A stretch of DNA of 64,000 nt from an uncultured Acidobacteriota bacterium. GTDB taxonomy: Bacteria > Acidobacteriota > Terriglobia > Terriglobales > Acidobacteriaceae. The stretch covers positions 1,548,744 through 1,612,743 of the forward strand of contig CAWAAB010000001.1 of the NCBI GenBank assembly GCA_963779945.1, given 5' to 3'. Made by a program: the position numbers and the translations under genes. How positions within the stretch are numbered: the stretch's first letter is position 1; the number at the start of each line of letters is the position of its first letter. Positions 42,996 to 53,385 of the stretch are shown here, in pieces. The notes under the pieces are model-generated. The model saw only the letters and a list, made by a program, of their open reading frames with translations, was not told where the DNA came from and did no database searches.

Positions 42996-44795
42996 CTATG
43001 TAATGAACTCGTAGTAGCAATAGCGTTTGTGAGTCAGGTCGTACCCTTTAAAATAGATGCAAGCATGACCGGGCAAGCATAGCCCTTCGCCGCACTTCGG
43101 CCCGTCGGTGTGATGGCTGCTACAGGCCGTCGCTGGGCACGAGTTACTAGGCTTTGCGGCGTCGTTACCGAAACCGAGACTGGCGTTGAACTCCGCGCGT
43201 TCATGGTTTACGATTGGGTCCTCCAAGCCGAGGATGTGATGCCGATTGGACCGCTGTAACCGAGGAATTTGTTGCGTTCCGTTGGGCACGGGGCGAGGTG
43301 CCGAGATTTTTTGCGCTGTCGTCGGATCCACCAGGCTATAGTCGCAACCCTCAACGCCGGGATGATTCTCATCGCAGGGAATCAGCAGGATGGCGTATGA
43401 GTTGCCGTTGACATCTACCGAGGAACCCACGATCTCGCCGAGATCGCTGATCTGGATCGCTCCCTGCACAACGAGACCGGAGTTGGAATGCACAAGCGTA
43501 TTCAGATCCACCATCGGCCCACCGTTTTCCCACAGGAATGCACCTTCAGTGCAGTCGGCGCCTCCCCAATTACCGACTACCTGACCGAAATCGTTAATGG
43601 CAAACGCATAGGAACAGCCGTCGAGGGCGCCGAGGTCGTGCATCTTTCCATCCCAGAGGAACGCATCGATCTGGTTGTCGCCTGCCAGTAGAGTCCCGCC
43701 AACAACGATTCCGAAATCAGTGATCATCGAAGCGCTACCTGAACTCCCGCCCAGCGTGCCCATATCCTGCATGCCTTTGTTCGTGGTCCACAGAAAAGGG
43801 TGGCTGCTGAGGTCCCCGGCCAAGTCGGATTGGCCAACCACTTGACCTTGGTTGTTCATCCAGTAGGGAAGGCCGCAAGTGCCTCCGAGCGTGCCCAGAT
43901 CGGTCATTTTGCCGTTCTCCCAAAGAAACGGATCCTGGGTTGGGATTAGTGCTCCGTTGAATGAACACGGAGTGGGTACCTGGTTGGGTGTGGAGTTGGT
44001 GTAGGAGATTCCAACCACCTGGCTGCGCTCGTTGATCGCCATGGCATAAGCGTCGGTTCCCGCCTAGCGTGCCCAAATCCTGCATCTCTCCCCCTTGCCA
44101 GAGGAACGCCCTGCTCTGATACGGATAGATCGGTTCGTAGAAGTTGTAAACCGACGAAGATAGAGCCATCGAGTAAGAATCGGGAACCGTATTCAGAGCC
44201 CAGCCGACCACTTGGCCGCGACTGTTGACGGCTTCAGCTCCACTCTCGTACCCACCTTCAGGCAAGGTTCCGAGATCTATCATTTTGCCGCTCCGCCAGA
44301 GCACCGCACGATCTTCCGGGTAGCCTGTATCCAGCGGATCGAATTCACCGTTCTGCGAGGCCCCTGCAATCAGGCCGTTGGCACTGACCCAACTCGTGGC
44401 GCTGCTCCACCCTCCTGGCAATACTCCAAGATCAGCCCTGACGCCGTTCCGCCACTGAAAAGCGTGGGAGGTGTAGCAATCGGCGTGAAACAAAAGTTTG
44501 GATTTGGATCGAGCGTGGACGTATCGGCCCAGCCGATGAGCGTGCCGGCGTTATTTATATCTTGGCTGGACCCAATATACGGCACCAGAAGATCGTCGCC
44601 ATTAATGTAGTTTTGCGGTCCCCCGAAGGTTCCTACGTTTATGAGTTTGTAGTGATGGTGCCATTTGTGGTGATCTTGGAGGTCCTGTGCGGCCAACTGA
44701 AGCGCGGTCGCCAGCGCGAGCAAACTGGCAAGACAGGTCAATCTTGTGCATTTCATAAGAGTTTTCTCCTTGCTGGTTGGCGACTGTGAATGCAC
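42996..44795 (-). pseudogene. HAF-repeat extracellular protein disrupted by two frameshifts
   Basis: Three consecutive minus-strand ORFs in different frames (44795-44370, 44493-43735, 44042-42996). All carry HAF(L/Q)W..G.M.DLGTLGG repeats, and a signal peptide is present only on the first. Confidence 0.7.
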
Positions 44796-44957
44796 CGAGG
44801 CCTTCGGTCAATGACCTGAGCCGGACTTCTGTCTGACTTAGTGCTGACGCGCCGCAAGTGTCTACCGCTCAGTCACTTGGCCATCGATACTTCTTCGTGT
44901 TAGGGGTCAACTCGGCGGTGCTAAAATGCTCCACCTTGTTTCGGGGCAAGGTTCCAG

Positions 44958-47186
44958 ATGGCAGTTCCCGCCAAATCGAGCGTTCGTTTCGCCGGCTTCG
45001 CGCTGGATTTCGCTACGGGAGAACTACGCTCGAACGGAGATAAGACCTACCTTCAGGAAAAACCGTTCCAGATTCTTAACTTGCTGCTGGAACGCCCCGG
45101 CGAACTGGTGACCCGCGACCAACTGGTGAAGCGGTTATGGCCGGACGGTACCTTCGTTGACTTCGATCAAAGTTTGAACAAGGCAGTGAACCGGCTTCGC
45201 GAGGCGTTGGGCGATTCGGCGGACCAGCCCAGACTGATTGAGACTTTGCCTCGTCGCGGCTACCGTTTTATTGGTGAGATTGAAGCTGAGGCGCCGTCGG
45301 CGGACGTTTCGGGATCGTCTCCTTCGATTGCGCTTCCAGGAACAAACTGGCGGTGGCTAACATGGTTAGCCATGGCAGCGCTGGCTGTGATGGCGATCAC
45401 GATCAGCTATCGGTTCCACACACGCCAAGCTTCCCCCAATCCCCTGGCAGAGATAAAGCAGCGACGCCTGACCGCCAACTCCAGTGAAAATGCGGTGACC
45501 AGCGGCGTCATTTCCGCCGATGGCAAACTGCTGGCTTACTCGGACCTAAAGGGGATACACGTCCAGCAGATTGACACCGGCCAGGTCCGTGACCTCGTGA
45601 TGCCAGAGAGTTTCAAGGGCATACCGCAAAGCTGGGTACTCATGAACACATGGCTCCGCGATGGCTCAGCGATCATCGCAGACGCGGCGCCCTCCGGACA
45701 ACCGCCGAGCGTCTGGCTTGTTCCCGTATCCGGCGACCCAATGCGCAAGCTTCGAGACAACACGTATGCCTGGACTGTGTCTCGTGACGGCCAGTGGGTC
45801 GCGTTCGGGGCGAATCTCGACAAGCTTTACTATCGCGAGTTGTGGGTCATGCGGCCCGACGGCTCCGATGCGCGTAAGGTCTTCGACGCCGACAAGGACG
45901 CTGCCTTCGGCGGCGCTGAATTTTCTCCGGATGGTCGCAGGCTGGCCTATGTCAAAGTGCGGCAATTGCCCGATCGGGAAGACGTGACTCTCGAGAGTCG
46001 TTCCCTCGACGGCGGATCCACGACCGCAGCGCTTACGGCGAGCGATACCCGCGATGTCGAAGACTGGTCCTGGTCGCCCGACGGCCGCATAATTTATTCC
46101 CTCATAGACAACATCGAAAACACCTGCAACTTCTGGGAGGTGAGACTTGATACGCGAACGGGTGAAGCGGTCGAAAAGCCGAAACGGCTAACCAACTGGT
46201 CGGGGTTCTTTATGGACCATCCGAGCTTCCCGGCGGATGGTAAGCGCCTCACCTTTCTCCGATCTTCCCTGGAAAGCACAGTGTACCTAGCCGATCTGCG
46301 GCCAGGCGGAACCCAACCCAGATCCCCATCGCACCTCACCCTGAACGAGGGACTGAATGATCTGGTGGGATGGGCACGGGATGGTAAGACGGTAATTATC
46401 TTGTCGGACCGCGACGGTCATCGAGAACTTTTCCGCTAGGCCCCTGGAGAAGATACAGCGGCACGGATTGCTTCAAGCGTGGAAGCTTTAAGCCGGGACT
46501 ATCACATAAATCCGGATGGCACATCGGTTCTTTATTTTGTTTATCCAAAAAAGTCGGGCACGTCACAACCGGTCAACTTGATGAGCATACCCTTGGCGGG
46601 CGGAGCGCCACAGTTGGTCTTGAGTTCATCTGTCGGGGCTGCACCCTCGGTTCGATGTGGCCGTTATCCCGCCACGTTGTGCATCATCGCGGAGACAACT
46701 CCAGATCACACACACCTCGTCTTCTCGGACGTGGACCCGGTGCGCGGTCGTGGGGGCGAGATCACGCGGTTCGAGGTCAAGGCGACACCCGATGCCCAGT
46801 ACGCGTGGGATCTTTCGCCCGATGGAACCCGCATCGCTATCCTCAAACAGTCAGAGGCGACGATCGCATTGGTGTCTCTGGTGAGCCACTCAACCCAGGT
46901 GATCGTCGCCAGAGACTCGCCCAAGCTCTACAGCCTGAACTGGAGCGCGGAGGGCCAAGGGCTATTCGTTTCGGCGCTGGCAGATGGAGGGTCAAAACTG
47001 TTGCATCTGGACTTGAAAGGCAACTCACAAACGCTTTGGTACTCCAAAGGTGGTATTCGTGAACCGGGCGATGTGTTCTACAGAGAGACTTTGGCTCCCC
47101 GGGCAATGCCTTCACCGGATGGCCGCTATTTGGCCATTCAGAGTCAAAACGTCAGTTCCAATATCTGGATGATAGAGAACTTTTAG
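44958..47186 (+). pseudogene. CadC/OmpR-type winged-helix regulator fused to a TM segment and a TolB-like beta-propeller, interrupted by one in-frame TAG (46437-46439)
   Basis: ORFs 44958..46439 and 46479..47186 are in the same frame. The propeller-like sequence continues across the stop (..DRDGHRELFR*APGEDTAARIASS..INPDGTSVLY). Confidence 0.6.
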
Positions 47187-47235
47187 GTGCGCATTCTCGC
47201 GCAGCGAAGTCCGCTTATCAAGATGGCAACGCTGC

Positions 47236-47997
47236 CTAATCCATGTGCTCGTGCGCCTGGCGCTCCACTGACCAAATATCTTCCGGCTTCTGCTCGAAGG
47301 GATACACGTGCACCATCCAGCCGAAAATCTGGGGCATGAACCTGCCGCCGGCGGCGTTGCATGCTTCTTCCGTGGTGATTGAGCCGTGCAGGCCAAACTG
47401 CGAATTTGGTCCCCATGCCTCCTGTCTCTTGTCTGCCGGGGGGATGCACAGATTCACGTGGGCGTGCCACTGGGCGATGCTGAGCGGGATGCGGGCGTCG
47501 AGGTCTTCCTGCGTGGCAGTCTTCCGGGCGGTGTACATGACGCCGATCAACTTGTAGCCCTCGCCGTTCTTCTCATACAGCAGCGAAGTGGGATGGTCGG
47601 GGTTGAAGCTGAAAGCAGCTTCGAACCCGTATTGGTAGTTGGTAAAGTGATATTGCTTCTGCGCACGGTCGGGCATGAAGATTTTGAAGCCATCGGCCAG
47701 GGCGACTTTGTAGTCGGAGTATTTCTCAGCGGCACGGCGGGCGGCCTGCACAACCTTGTCAGCTTTTTCCTGATCGCCGGGCTGAAGCGCGCGCATGGGA
47801 GTCATCTTCATGTGCGGCCCCATATCCATGTGGTGACCCTCCATGGAGTGCATGGCGTGAGCGGCGCCGTCATCGTCCATACCCGGCATGCCCTGCATGT
47901 CGGAGCCATGGGCCGGCATGTTCATCGCCGGAGGCGTTGATTGCTGCGCCCAGAGCGGACAGGAGACAAATAGTACGAAGGCAAAAAGCTGCTTCAT
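47236..47997 (-). CDS. Secreted hypothetical protein with a Met/His-rich N-terminal segment
   Basis: Signal peptide MKQLFAFVLFVSCPLWAQ, then MNMPAHGSDMQGMPGMDDDGAAHAMHSMEGHHMDMGPHMKM. Confidence 0.6.
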   Translation of the reverse strand: MKQLFAFVLFVSCPLWAQQSTPPAMNMPAHGSDMQGMPGMDDDGAAHAMHSMEGHHMDMGPHMKMTPMRALQPGDQEKADKVVQAARRAAEKYSDYKVALADGFKIFMPDRAQKQYHFTNYQYGFEAAFSFNPDHPTSLLYEKNGEGYKLIGVMYTARKTATQEDLDARIPLSIAQWHAHVNLCIPPADKRQEAWGPNSQFGLHGSITTEEACNAAGGRFMPQIFGWMVHVYPFEQKPEDIWSVERQAHEHMD

Positions 47998-48086
47998 GCG
48001 AATTTCCTCTTCACAAATGTTAACCCGAACTGGCGCGAGTTGTTGCCAAGGGCGAGATTACGGGAGTAATCGGGCAGCCAGGCTGA

Positions 48087-49487
48087 CTATTCAGGCTGAA
48101 GCAGGCCGAGCGACTTCAGAACGTTGGCAGCAGCATCGGCTCCAGAGCGAACGCAGTCAGGTACGCCGATGCCGTGATAGGCGTTGCCGGCCAGGGCGAG
48201 GCCTGGTAGTTCGCGGCAGGTTTGCTCGATCGCCTGGATTCTTTCGATGTGACCGACGTTGTACTGCGCCATTGCGTCCTTCCATTTATAGACCCGAGTG
48301 AAAAGCGGTTCGGCCGTCAAGCTGAGGATTTGACGAAGTTCTTGCCGGACCACGTTCACCATCTCGTCGTCCGGCACATCAAGAAGTGTTTGGTCGCGTG
48401 CGCTGCCCAGGAAACAACGAAGCAAGGCGCGATCTTCCGGGGCGCGGTGGGGGAACTTGTTATGGACGAAAGTCACCGCCAGCAGACGCCTGCCTTCGCT
48501 GCGGGGAACCAGGAAGCCGAAGCCCGTCGGAAGGCTTCGTCGTACCTGCTGATCGTAGGCGAGAGCGATGGTGACGGAAGAGGTATATTCGATTTCGCCG
48601 AGAGAGCGGCGGAGTTCGTCGGGCAGGCCCAGCTGGGCGGCGTCTTGCGCGGAAGTCGCGAGTATCACTGCGTCAAACTGATCGGAAGCGTAGCCGGCAG
48701 AGACTAGCCAGCCGCTGTCCTGTCGTTGAAGGGCTTGTACAGAAGTGTTGATGTGCAGGGAGGACGCAGCCAGATGAGACACCACCGCGTCCACCATCTG
48801 CTGCATTCCGTCCTTCAAAGATGTGAAAAGAGGTCTTGCGGCCGCGCGTGCGGGTGCCTTCCGGCGAGCGGAGAGCATGGCACGGCCCAAACTTCCGTGG
48901 CGGGCTTCCATCTCGGCAAACCGGGGCAGCACGGCGCGCAGGCTGAGCTGGCTGGCTTGGCCGCCATAGACGCCGGAGAGCAAAGGGTCAGCCAGACGAT
49001 CGACCATTTCGGGGCCGTAGTGGCGTTCGACGAAGGCGGTCACACTCTCGTCTGCTGAGGATTTTTTGGGAGGATGAAACCACTCTCGCATCATGCGGAA
49101 CTTGGTGCTGGCGGAAAACAATGGTGACCAGATGACAGGCAGAATCTTTGTGGGAACCATGAACATCAGGCCGTCGGGGATGGGCACCAGCCGGTTTTTC
49201 GCCAGGATATAAGTTTTGCGCTCACGATCGTTGGAGCCGATGAGCTGATCACCCAATCCGATTTCGCGGCAGAGGTCAGAGGCCCAGGGTTTTTCGGTGA
49301 GGAATGAGTCGGGGCCAGCCTCGACCAGGCACCCATCGATATGTTCGGTAAGAAGTACACCGCCCAGGCGCGGGAAGGATTCAAAGAGACTGTAGTCGAG
49401 CGCGACACCGCCGCGCCGGTGCTTTTCCAGCGCAAACGCGGCCGCAAGGCCTGAGATACCTCCGCCGATGATGGCAATGCGTTTCAT
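48087..49487 (-). CDS. hemY: HemY-type protoporphyrinogen/coproporphyrinogen III oxidase (FAD)
   Basis: MKRIAIIGGGISGLAAAFAL dinucleotide-binding start. 466 aa, in a haem cluster. Confidence 0.85.
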   Translation of the reverse strand: MKRIAIIGGGISGLAAAFALEKHRRGGVALDYSLFESFPRLGGVLLTEHIDGCLVEAGPDSFLTEKPWASDLCREIGLGDQLIGSNDRERKTYILAKNRLVPIPDGLMFMVPTKILPVIWSPLFSASTKFRMMREWFHPPKKSSADESVTAFVERHYGPEMVDRLADPLLSGVYGGQASQLSLRAVLPRFAEMEARHGSLGRAMLSARRKAPARAAARPLFTSLKDGMQQMVDAVVSHLAASSLHINTSVQALQRQDSGWLVSAGYASDQFDAVILATSAQDAAQLGLPDELRRSLGEIEYTSSVTIALAYDQQVRRSLPTGFGFLVPRSEGRRLLAVTFVHNKFPHRAPEDRALLRCFLGSARDQTLLDVPDDEMVNVVRQELRQILSLTAEPLFTRVYKWKDAMAQYNVGHIERIQAIEQTCRELPGLALAGNAYHGIGVPDCVRSGADAAANVLKSLGLLQPE

Positions 49488-49517
49488 ACTGGTTGCGATG
49501 ACGAAACGGAGCGGCGG

Positions 49518-49868
49518 CTAGGTTCTGTTGCGACGCTCCATCAAACTACCCAAGAAGTACCACCATAGCGTTCCAAGAATTCCCCACACGGCCAAAGCGT
49601 AGGGGAAACGCGCATCGGAACCGAACATCACACCAAAAGCAACGATAGAAATCGGCAAGTCGGCAATAAAAAGAATTCTGAAGGGCCAATCCGCCGGACC
49701 ATTCGCCAGTGGCTGGGGCTGTATCCAAAACAGACCCCATGTCAGTGCGAACAGGCACACGTGCAGCGCCGGGGCAGCTATTCGCGGTCGTCGGAGATCA
49801 AGCACCGATGAATGGTAACACCGAAAAATCCGTCCCCGCGCCCACCCTCGATCACGGGCAGCCTGCAC
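49518..49868 (-). CDS. Small membrane protein between hemH and hemY
   Basis: GTG start 2 nt after the hemH stop. Three hydrophobic segments. No family recognised. Confidence 0.45.
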   Translation of the reverse strand: MQAARDRGWARGRIFRCYHSSVLDLRRPRIAAPALHVCLFALTWGLFWIQPQPLANGPADWPFRILFIADLPISIVAFGVMFGSDARFPYALAVWGILGTLWWYFLGSLMERRNRT

Positions 49869-49870
49869 TT

Positions 49871-50755
49871 CTACCTTGATCGACCGACTACCTCGGAGAG
49901 GGCATCGGTGAGCCAGGACGAATCGTTCAACGACTCAGCCCGCCTCAAACGCATGCCCTCTTTCTCTGCGAATTGCTTGAACCCGATATCAACGTCGTAC
50001 AGCACTTCGACGTGGTCACAAAGAAAACCGATGGGTTGTATGAAGACACTGCGATGGCCCTTTTCTTTCAAACCGAGGATGGTGTCTTCCACCGTCGGAC
50101 CAAGCCAGGCTCCTCCCGACATGCCCTGGCTCTGGAACGCGAAAATCCAGTCTTGGGGTCCGAGGGCAGCTTCCTTCGCTACCAGCGCGGCGGTCTCTTT
50201 GGCTTGACGCTCATAGGGATCGCCCTCTGTAACCGTACGCTGGGGCACACTGTGCGCGGTGAAAATGATTGGAACCCCGGGTTCGCGGCCGGCACGGAGT
50301 TTTTCAGCGAAGGCCCGGATCAACATGGGATGATCGTGCCAGGACTCGACGAAATCGATGGAAAACGAGTGCTTCTCGGCGGCAAGCGCGGCGCGGTACA
50401 GTCCGACGCTGGTGCGTGAATTGTGCGGCGCCATGCAGATCACCACGGCATGGCGTACGCCATCCGAAACCATGGCGCCGACGGCATCCGCGATGTAGGG
50501 CTTCCAGTTACGCATGCCGACGTAAACGCGAACACCCAGTTTGCCGGCGAGAAGCTCGGCCTGTTTCAGCGTGAGGTCGGTCAGAGGCGAGCGGCCGATC
50601 AGCCCGTAGCGGCGCTGCACTTCCTCAACGACCTTTGGGGGCAGAGAATGCCCTCCAGTCACATGCAAAAGAAATTCCGGGACTTGGTCGACGGAGTCGG
50701 GGCTGCCATGGGCCAGAAGGAGAACGGCGGCAACGGATTGTGCAACCGGGTTCAA
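49871..50755 (-). CDS. hemH: Ferrochelatase (or coproporphyrin ferrochelatase)
   Basis: VLLLAHGSPDS...RYGLIGRSPL... is a ferrochelatase-type N-terminus. Confidence 0.85.
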   Translation of the reverse strand: MNPVAQSVAAVLLLAHGSPDSVDQVPEFLLHVTGGHSLPPKVVEEVQRRYGLIGRSPLTDLTLKQAELLAGKLGVRVYVGMRNWKPYIADAVGAMVSDGVRHAVVICMAPHNSRTSVGLYRAALAAEKHSFSIDFVESWHDHPMLIRAFAEKLRAGREPGVPIIFTAHSVPQRTVTEGDPYERQAKETAALVAKEAALGPQDWIFAFQSQGMSGGAWLGPTVEDTILGLKEKGHRSVFIQPIGFLCDHVEVLYDVDIGFKQFAEKEGMRLRRAESLNDSSWLTDALSEVVGRSR

Positions 50756-50781
50756 TGTTAAAGTCCAAAAGCAAATGCTTC

Positions 50782-50811
50782 AACCACGAAGGACACAAAG
50801 GTTCACAAAGG
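50782..50811 (+). repeat. Family A dispersed repeat (AACCACGAAGGACACAAAGGTTCACAAAGG)
   Basis: Fills the spacer between hemE and hemH. Confidence 0.7.
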
Positions 50812-50814
50812 AAA

Positions 50815-51846
50815 TCATATTGAATACCCTTGCACGAGTTTCACGAGTGCCTTTACGTTCTCCACCGGGGTCTCCGGCAGGATGCCGTGCCCCAGATTAA
50901 AGATGTGTCCAGGGCGGCCACCAGCCCGGCGAAGAATATCTTCAGCACGGGATCTCAATTCCGGCCAGCCGGCAAAGAGCAGAACCGGATCGAGGTTGCC
51001 CTGAACCGCCTTCTTATTGCCCAGTCTGCTCCAACCTTCGTCGAGCGGAATGCGCCAGTCGAGGCCAAGTACGTCGGCTCCGGTTTCCTGCATGGAGGGC
51101 AAGAGCGTGGCGGTGTCAGTGCCAAAATAGATGACAGGAGCGCCCGTGGCTTGTAATTTCTTCATAAGCTCGGTGGTGCGAGGCAACACGTAACGGCGAT
51201 AGTCTTCGACGCTCAGGCAGCCGACCCAACTATCGAAAATCTGGATGGCATCGGCCCCGGCGCGGACCTGCTCGGCGGCGTATTCGGAAGTGACGGCGAC
51301 CAGTTTGCCCAGCAGCTCTTCCCAGGTTTCTGGAGACGAATACATCATCTTCTTGGCATGAACGTAATTGCGCGAGCCGCCACCCTCAATCATGTAGCTG
51401 GCAAGGGTGAAAGGCGCGCCACAGAAGCCGATCACGGGAAGCCGGGTGTTGAAGTGCCTGGATACAAGACCAACAGCTTCGGAGACGTAACCGAGGTCGG
51501 CAGCGCGATCGGTGCGCAAGCGGGTGACGTCCTCTTGGGCTCGCACGGGTTTCTCGATGACCGGGCCTTCGCCGGCAGAAAAATGAAAAGGCAGGCCCAT
51601 GACTTCGAGAGGAAGCAGCAGGTCGGCGAAAATGATGGCGGCGTCAACCCCCAAAATTTCCGCGGCGGTAATGGTCACTTCTGCGGCGACCTTGGGCTGC
51701 TTGCAAATCTCGATGAGCGAATATTGCTTGCGGACGGCCCGGTACTCCGGCATGTAACGTCCCGCCTGGCGCATGAACCACACCGGAGTGCGATCCACGG
51801 GTTGGGCGCGGCAAGCCTTCACGAAGCGGGATTCAGGGGCAGACAT
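50815..51846 (-). CDS. hemE: Uroporphyrinogen decarboxylase
   Basis: DRTPVWFMRQAGRYMPEYR is the HemE signature. Confidence 0.9.
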   Translation of the reverse strand: MSAPESRFVKACRAQPVDRTPVWFMRQAGRYMPEYRAVRKQYSLIEICKQPKVAAEVTITAAEILGVDAAIIFADLLLPLEVMGLPFHFSAGEGPVIEKPVRAQEDVTRLRTDRAADLGYVSEAVGLVSRHFNTRLPVIGFCGAPFTLASYMIEGGGSRNYVHAKKMMYSSPETWEELLGKLVAVTSEYAAEQVRAGADAIQIFDSWVGCLSVEDYRRYVLPRTTELMKKLQATGAPVIYFGTDTATLLPSMQETGADVLGLDWRIPLDEGWSRLGNKKAVQGNLDPVLLFAGWPELRSRAEDILRRAGGRPGHIFNLGHGILPETPVENVKALVKLVQGYSI

Positions 51847-51958
51847 GGAGCTTTAAATCTAGCATGCCCTTCCGAGTGTTGGGGCACCAAGAGAGATAAC
51901 CTCGGATGGAGCGGGAGTGAGCCTATGATCTCAGTAATCCGCCCGAGGAGGTGCTGGC

Positions 51959-52192
51959 ATGGCGGCAAGCCAGGTGGTTCTATATTTCGAGAAGCAGGAG
52001 GATGCCCTGCTTTTTGCTCTAGCGGCCAGTTCGGCCATGTCAGCGGAAGGGCCGACGCGGGCGAAAGAGGCGGGCGTCAGGATTGCCAACGAAATCAGCA
52101 AAGCCAGCCGGATTACAACCGAGGGAGCGTTGAACGGCGGCAGCGCGGAAGACGAAGATCGGCGGAAGCAACCTCGGCACAAAGTTGCATAG
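51959..52192 (+). CDS. Small hypothetical protein
   Basis: 77-aa ORF in a 350-nt gap. There is no supporting motif. Confidence 0.3.
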   Translation: MAASQVVLYFEKQEDALLFALAASSAMSAEGPTRAKEAGVRIANEISKASRITTEGALNGGSAEDEDRRKQPRHKVA

Positions 52193-52196
52193 GCAG

Positions 52197-53168
52197 CTAG
52201 TCTGACCAAGGTTGGGGATGGCGGTCCCAGCGGTGTGGGCGCAACCTACGCAAGAGGTCGTCATCCATCGGGCCGGCGTCGCTGGCCGCAAGATTTTCCC
52301 GCACGTGATTCGGGCGCCTCATGCCCACAATGGTCGTGCTCACGACCCGATTCGAGAGGATGAAACGCAGCGCCATCCCAGGCAGCGTCATCTCTTTCGG
52401 CAGAGCTTCTGTCAGTTTTTCGACTCGCGTAACGGTGTTCTGGAGATTTTCCGGGCCAAAGTAGAGTGAGCGCCAGTCGTTTTTTGGAAATCTGGTTTCT
52501 GCGGTCAGTTCACCCGCCAAGCTGCCTTCGTCGAGAGGGACGCGGGCGATGACGCCGATGTTCAGCTCACGGCAAACAGGAAATAACTTGTCTTCGGGAG
52601 ACTGATCGAAGATGTTGTAGATCACTTGTACGGCGTCAACCAGGCCGGTGCGAAGGGCGCGAATACCGTTCTCTGGCTCCCAACGATTGAGGCTCAAGCC
52701 GAATGAGCGAATGAGGCCGTCGCTCTTAAGTTTTTCGACCGTCTTGCGGAAGTCGGGCTCGTCCGTCCAACTGTCGTCCCAGACGTGGAATTGCAGCAGA
52801 TCGATGGAATCAGTACCGAGTTTCTCGCGGATCATGCGGGCGTACTTAAATACGTGATCGGCGGGAAAAACGTCGTGATATTTGTCTTTGGGGGACGCCG
52901 GCCACCTGTCATTGAGCGGTGGAATCTTGGATGCGGCGTAGAGCCGCTTACCGGGGTTGCGAGACAAGATCTGTCCGAGAAGCGCGTCGCTGTGGCCGTT
53001 GCCGTAAGACCAGGCGGTATCGAAAAAGTTGCAGCCCAGATCGACCGCGAGTTGCAGAGCGGCTAGCGATTGAGTGTCGTCGGAGCCGGTCCAATCGCCC
53101 ATGCCCCACAGCCCGTGGGCAATTTCGCTGACTTCGAAGCCAGTGCGGCCGAGGGTGCGGTATTTCAT
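52197..53168 (-). CDS. Aldo/keto reductase
   Basis: MKYRTLGRTGFEVSEIAHGLWGMG...FDTAWSYGNG pattern. Confidence 0.85.
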   Translation of the reverse strand: MKYRTLGRTGFEVSEIAHGLWGMGDWTGSDDTQSLAALQLAVDLGCNFFDTAWSYGNGHSDALLGQILSRNPGKRLYAASKIPPLNDRWPASPKDKYHDVFPADHVFKYARMIREKLGTDSIDLLQFHVWDDSWTDEPDFRKTVEKLKSDGLIRSFGLSLNRWEPENGIRALRTGLVDAVQVIYNIFDQSPEDKLFPVCRELNIGVIARVPLDEGSLAGELTAETRFPKNDWRSLYFGPENLQNTVTRVEKLTEALPKEMTLPGMALRFILSNRVVSTTIVGMRRPNHVRENLAASDAGPMDDDLLRRLRPHRWDRHPQPWSD

Positions 53169-53203
53169 GGGTGCTCGTTGATACAGCTCAAGTTGAAAAT
53201 CTT

Positions 53204-53224
53204 AACCACAAAGGGCACAAAGGG
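53204..53224 (+). repeat. Family A dispersed repeat (AACCACAAAGGGCACAAAGGG)
   Basis: Intergenic, upstream of the aldo/keto reductase gene. Confidence 0.65.
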
Positions 53225-53385
53225 AAACTCGAACATGAAGGGCTCGCATCGGGCGCACGCCTGCCTTGGCCGATTGACAGACTTGCCGCACAGTTCTTAA
53301 CATGGGAGTTCACTCGAAGGCTCCCAAGGACGGGTCGTTTCGCGATGTGTGAGTTGCGCATCTTACCTTCTACAAGCCAAATCTT

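Noticed and set aside
971-53224. The repeated short motifs (families A and B) as a CRISPR array.
   Set aside because: Copies are scattered over 50 kb in separate intergenic regions. There is no regular repeat-spacer periodicity, and no cas genes are present.
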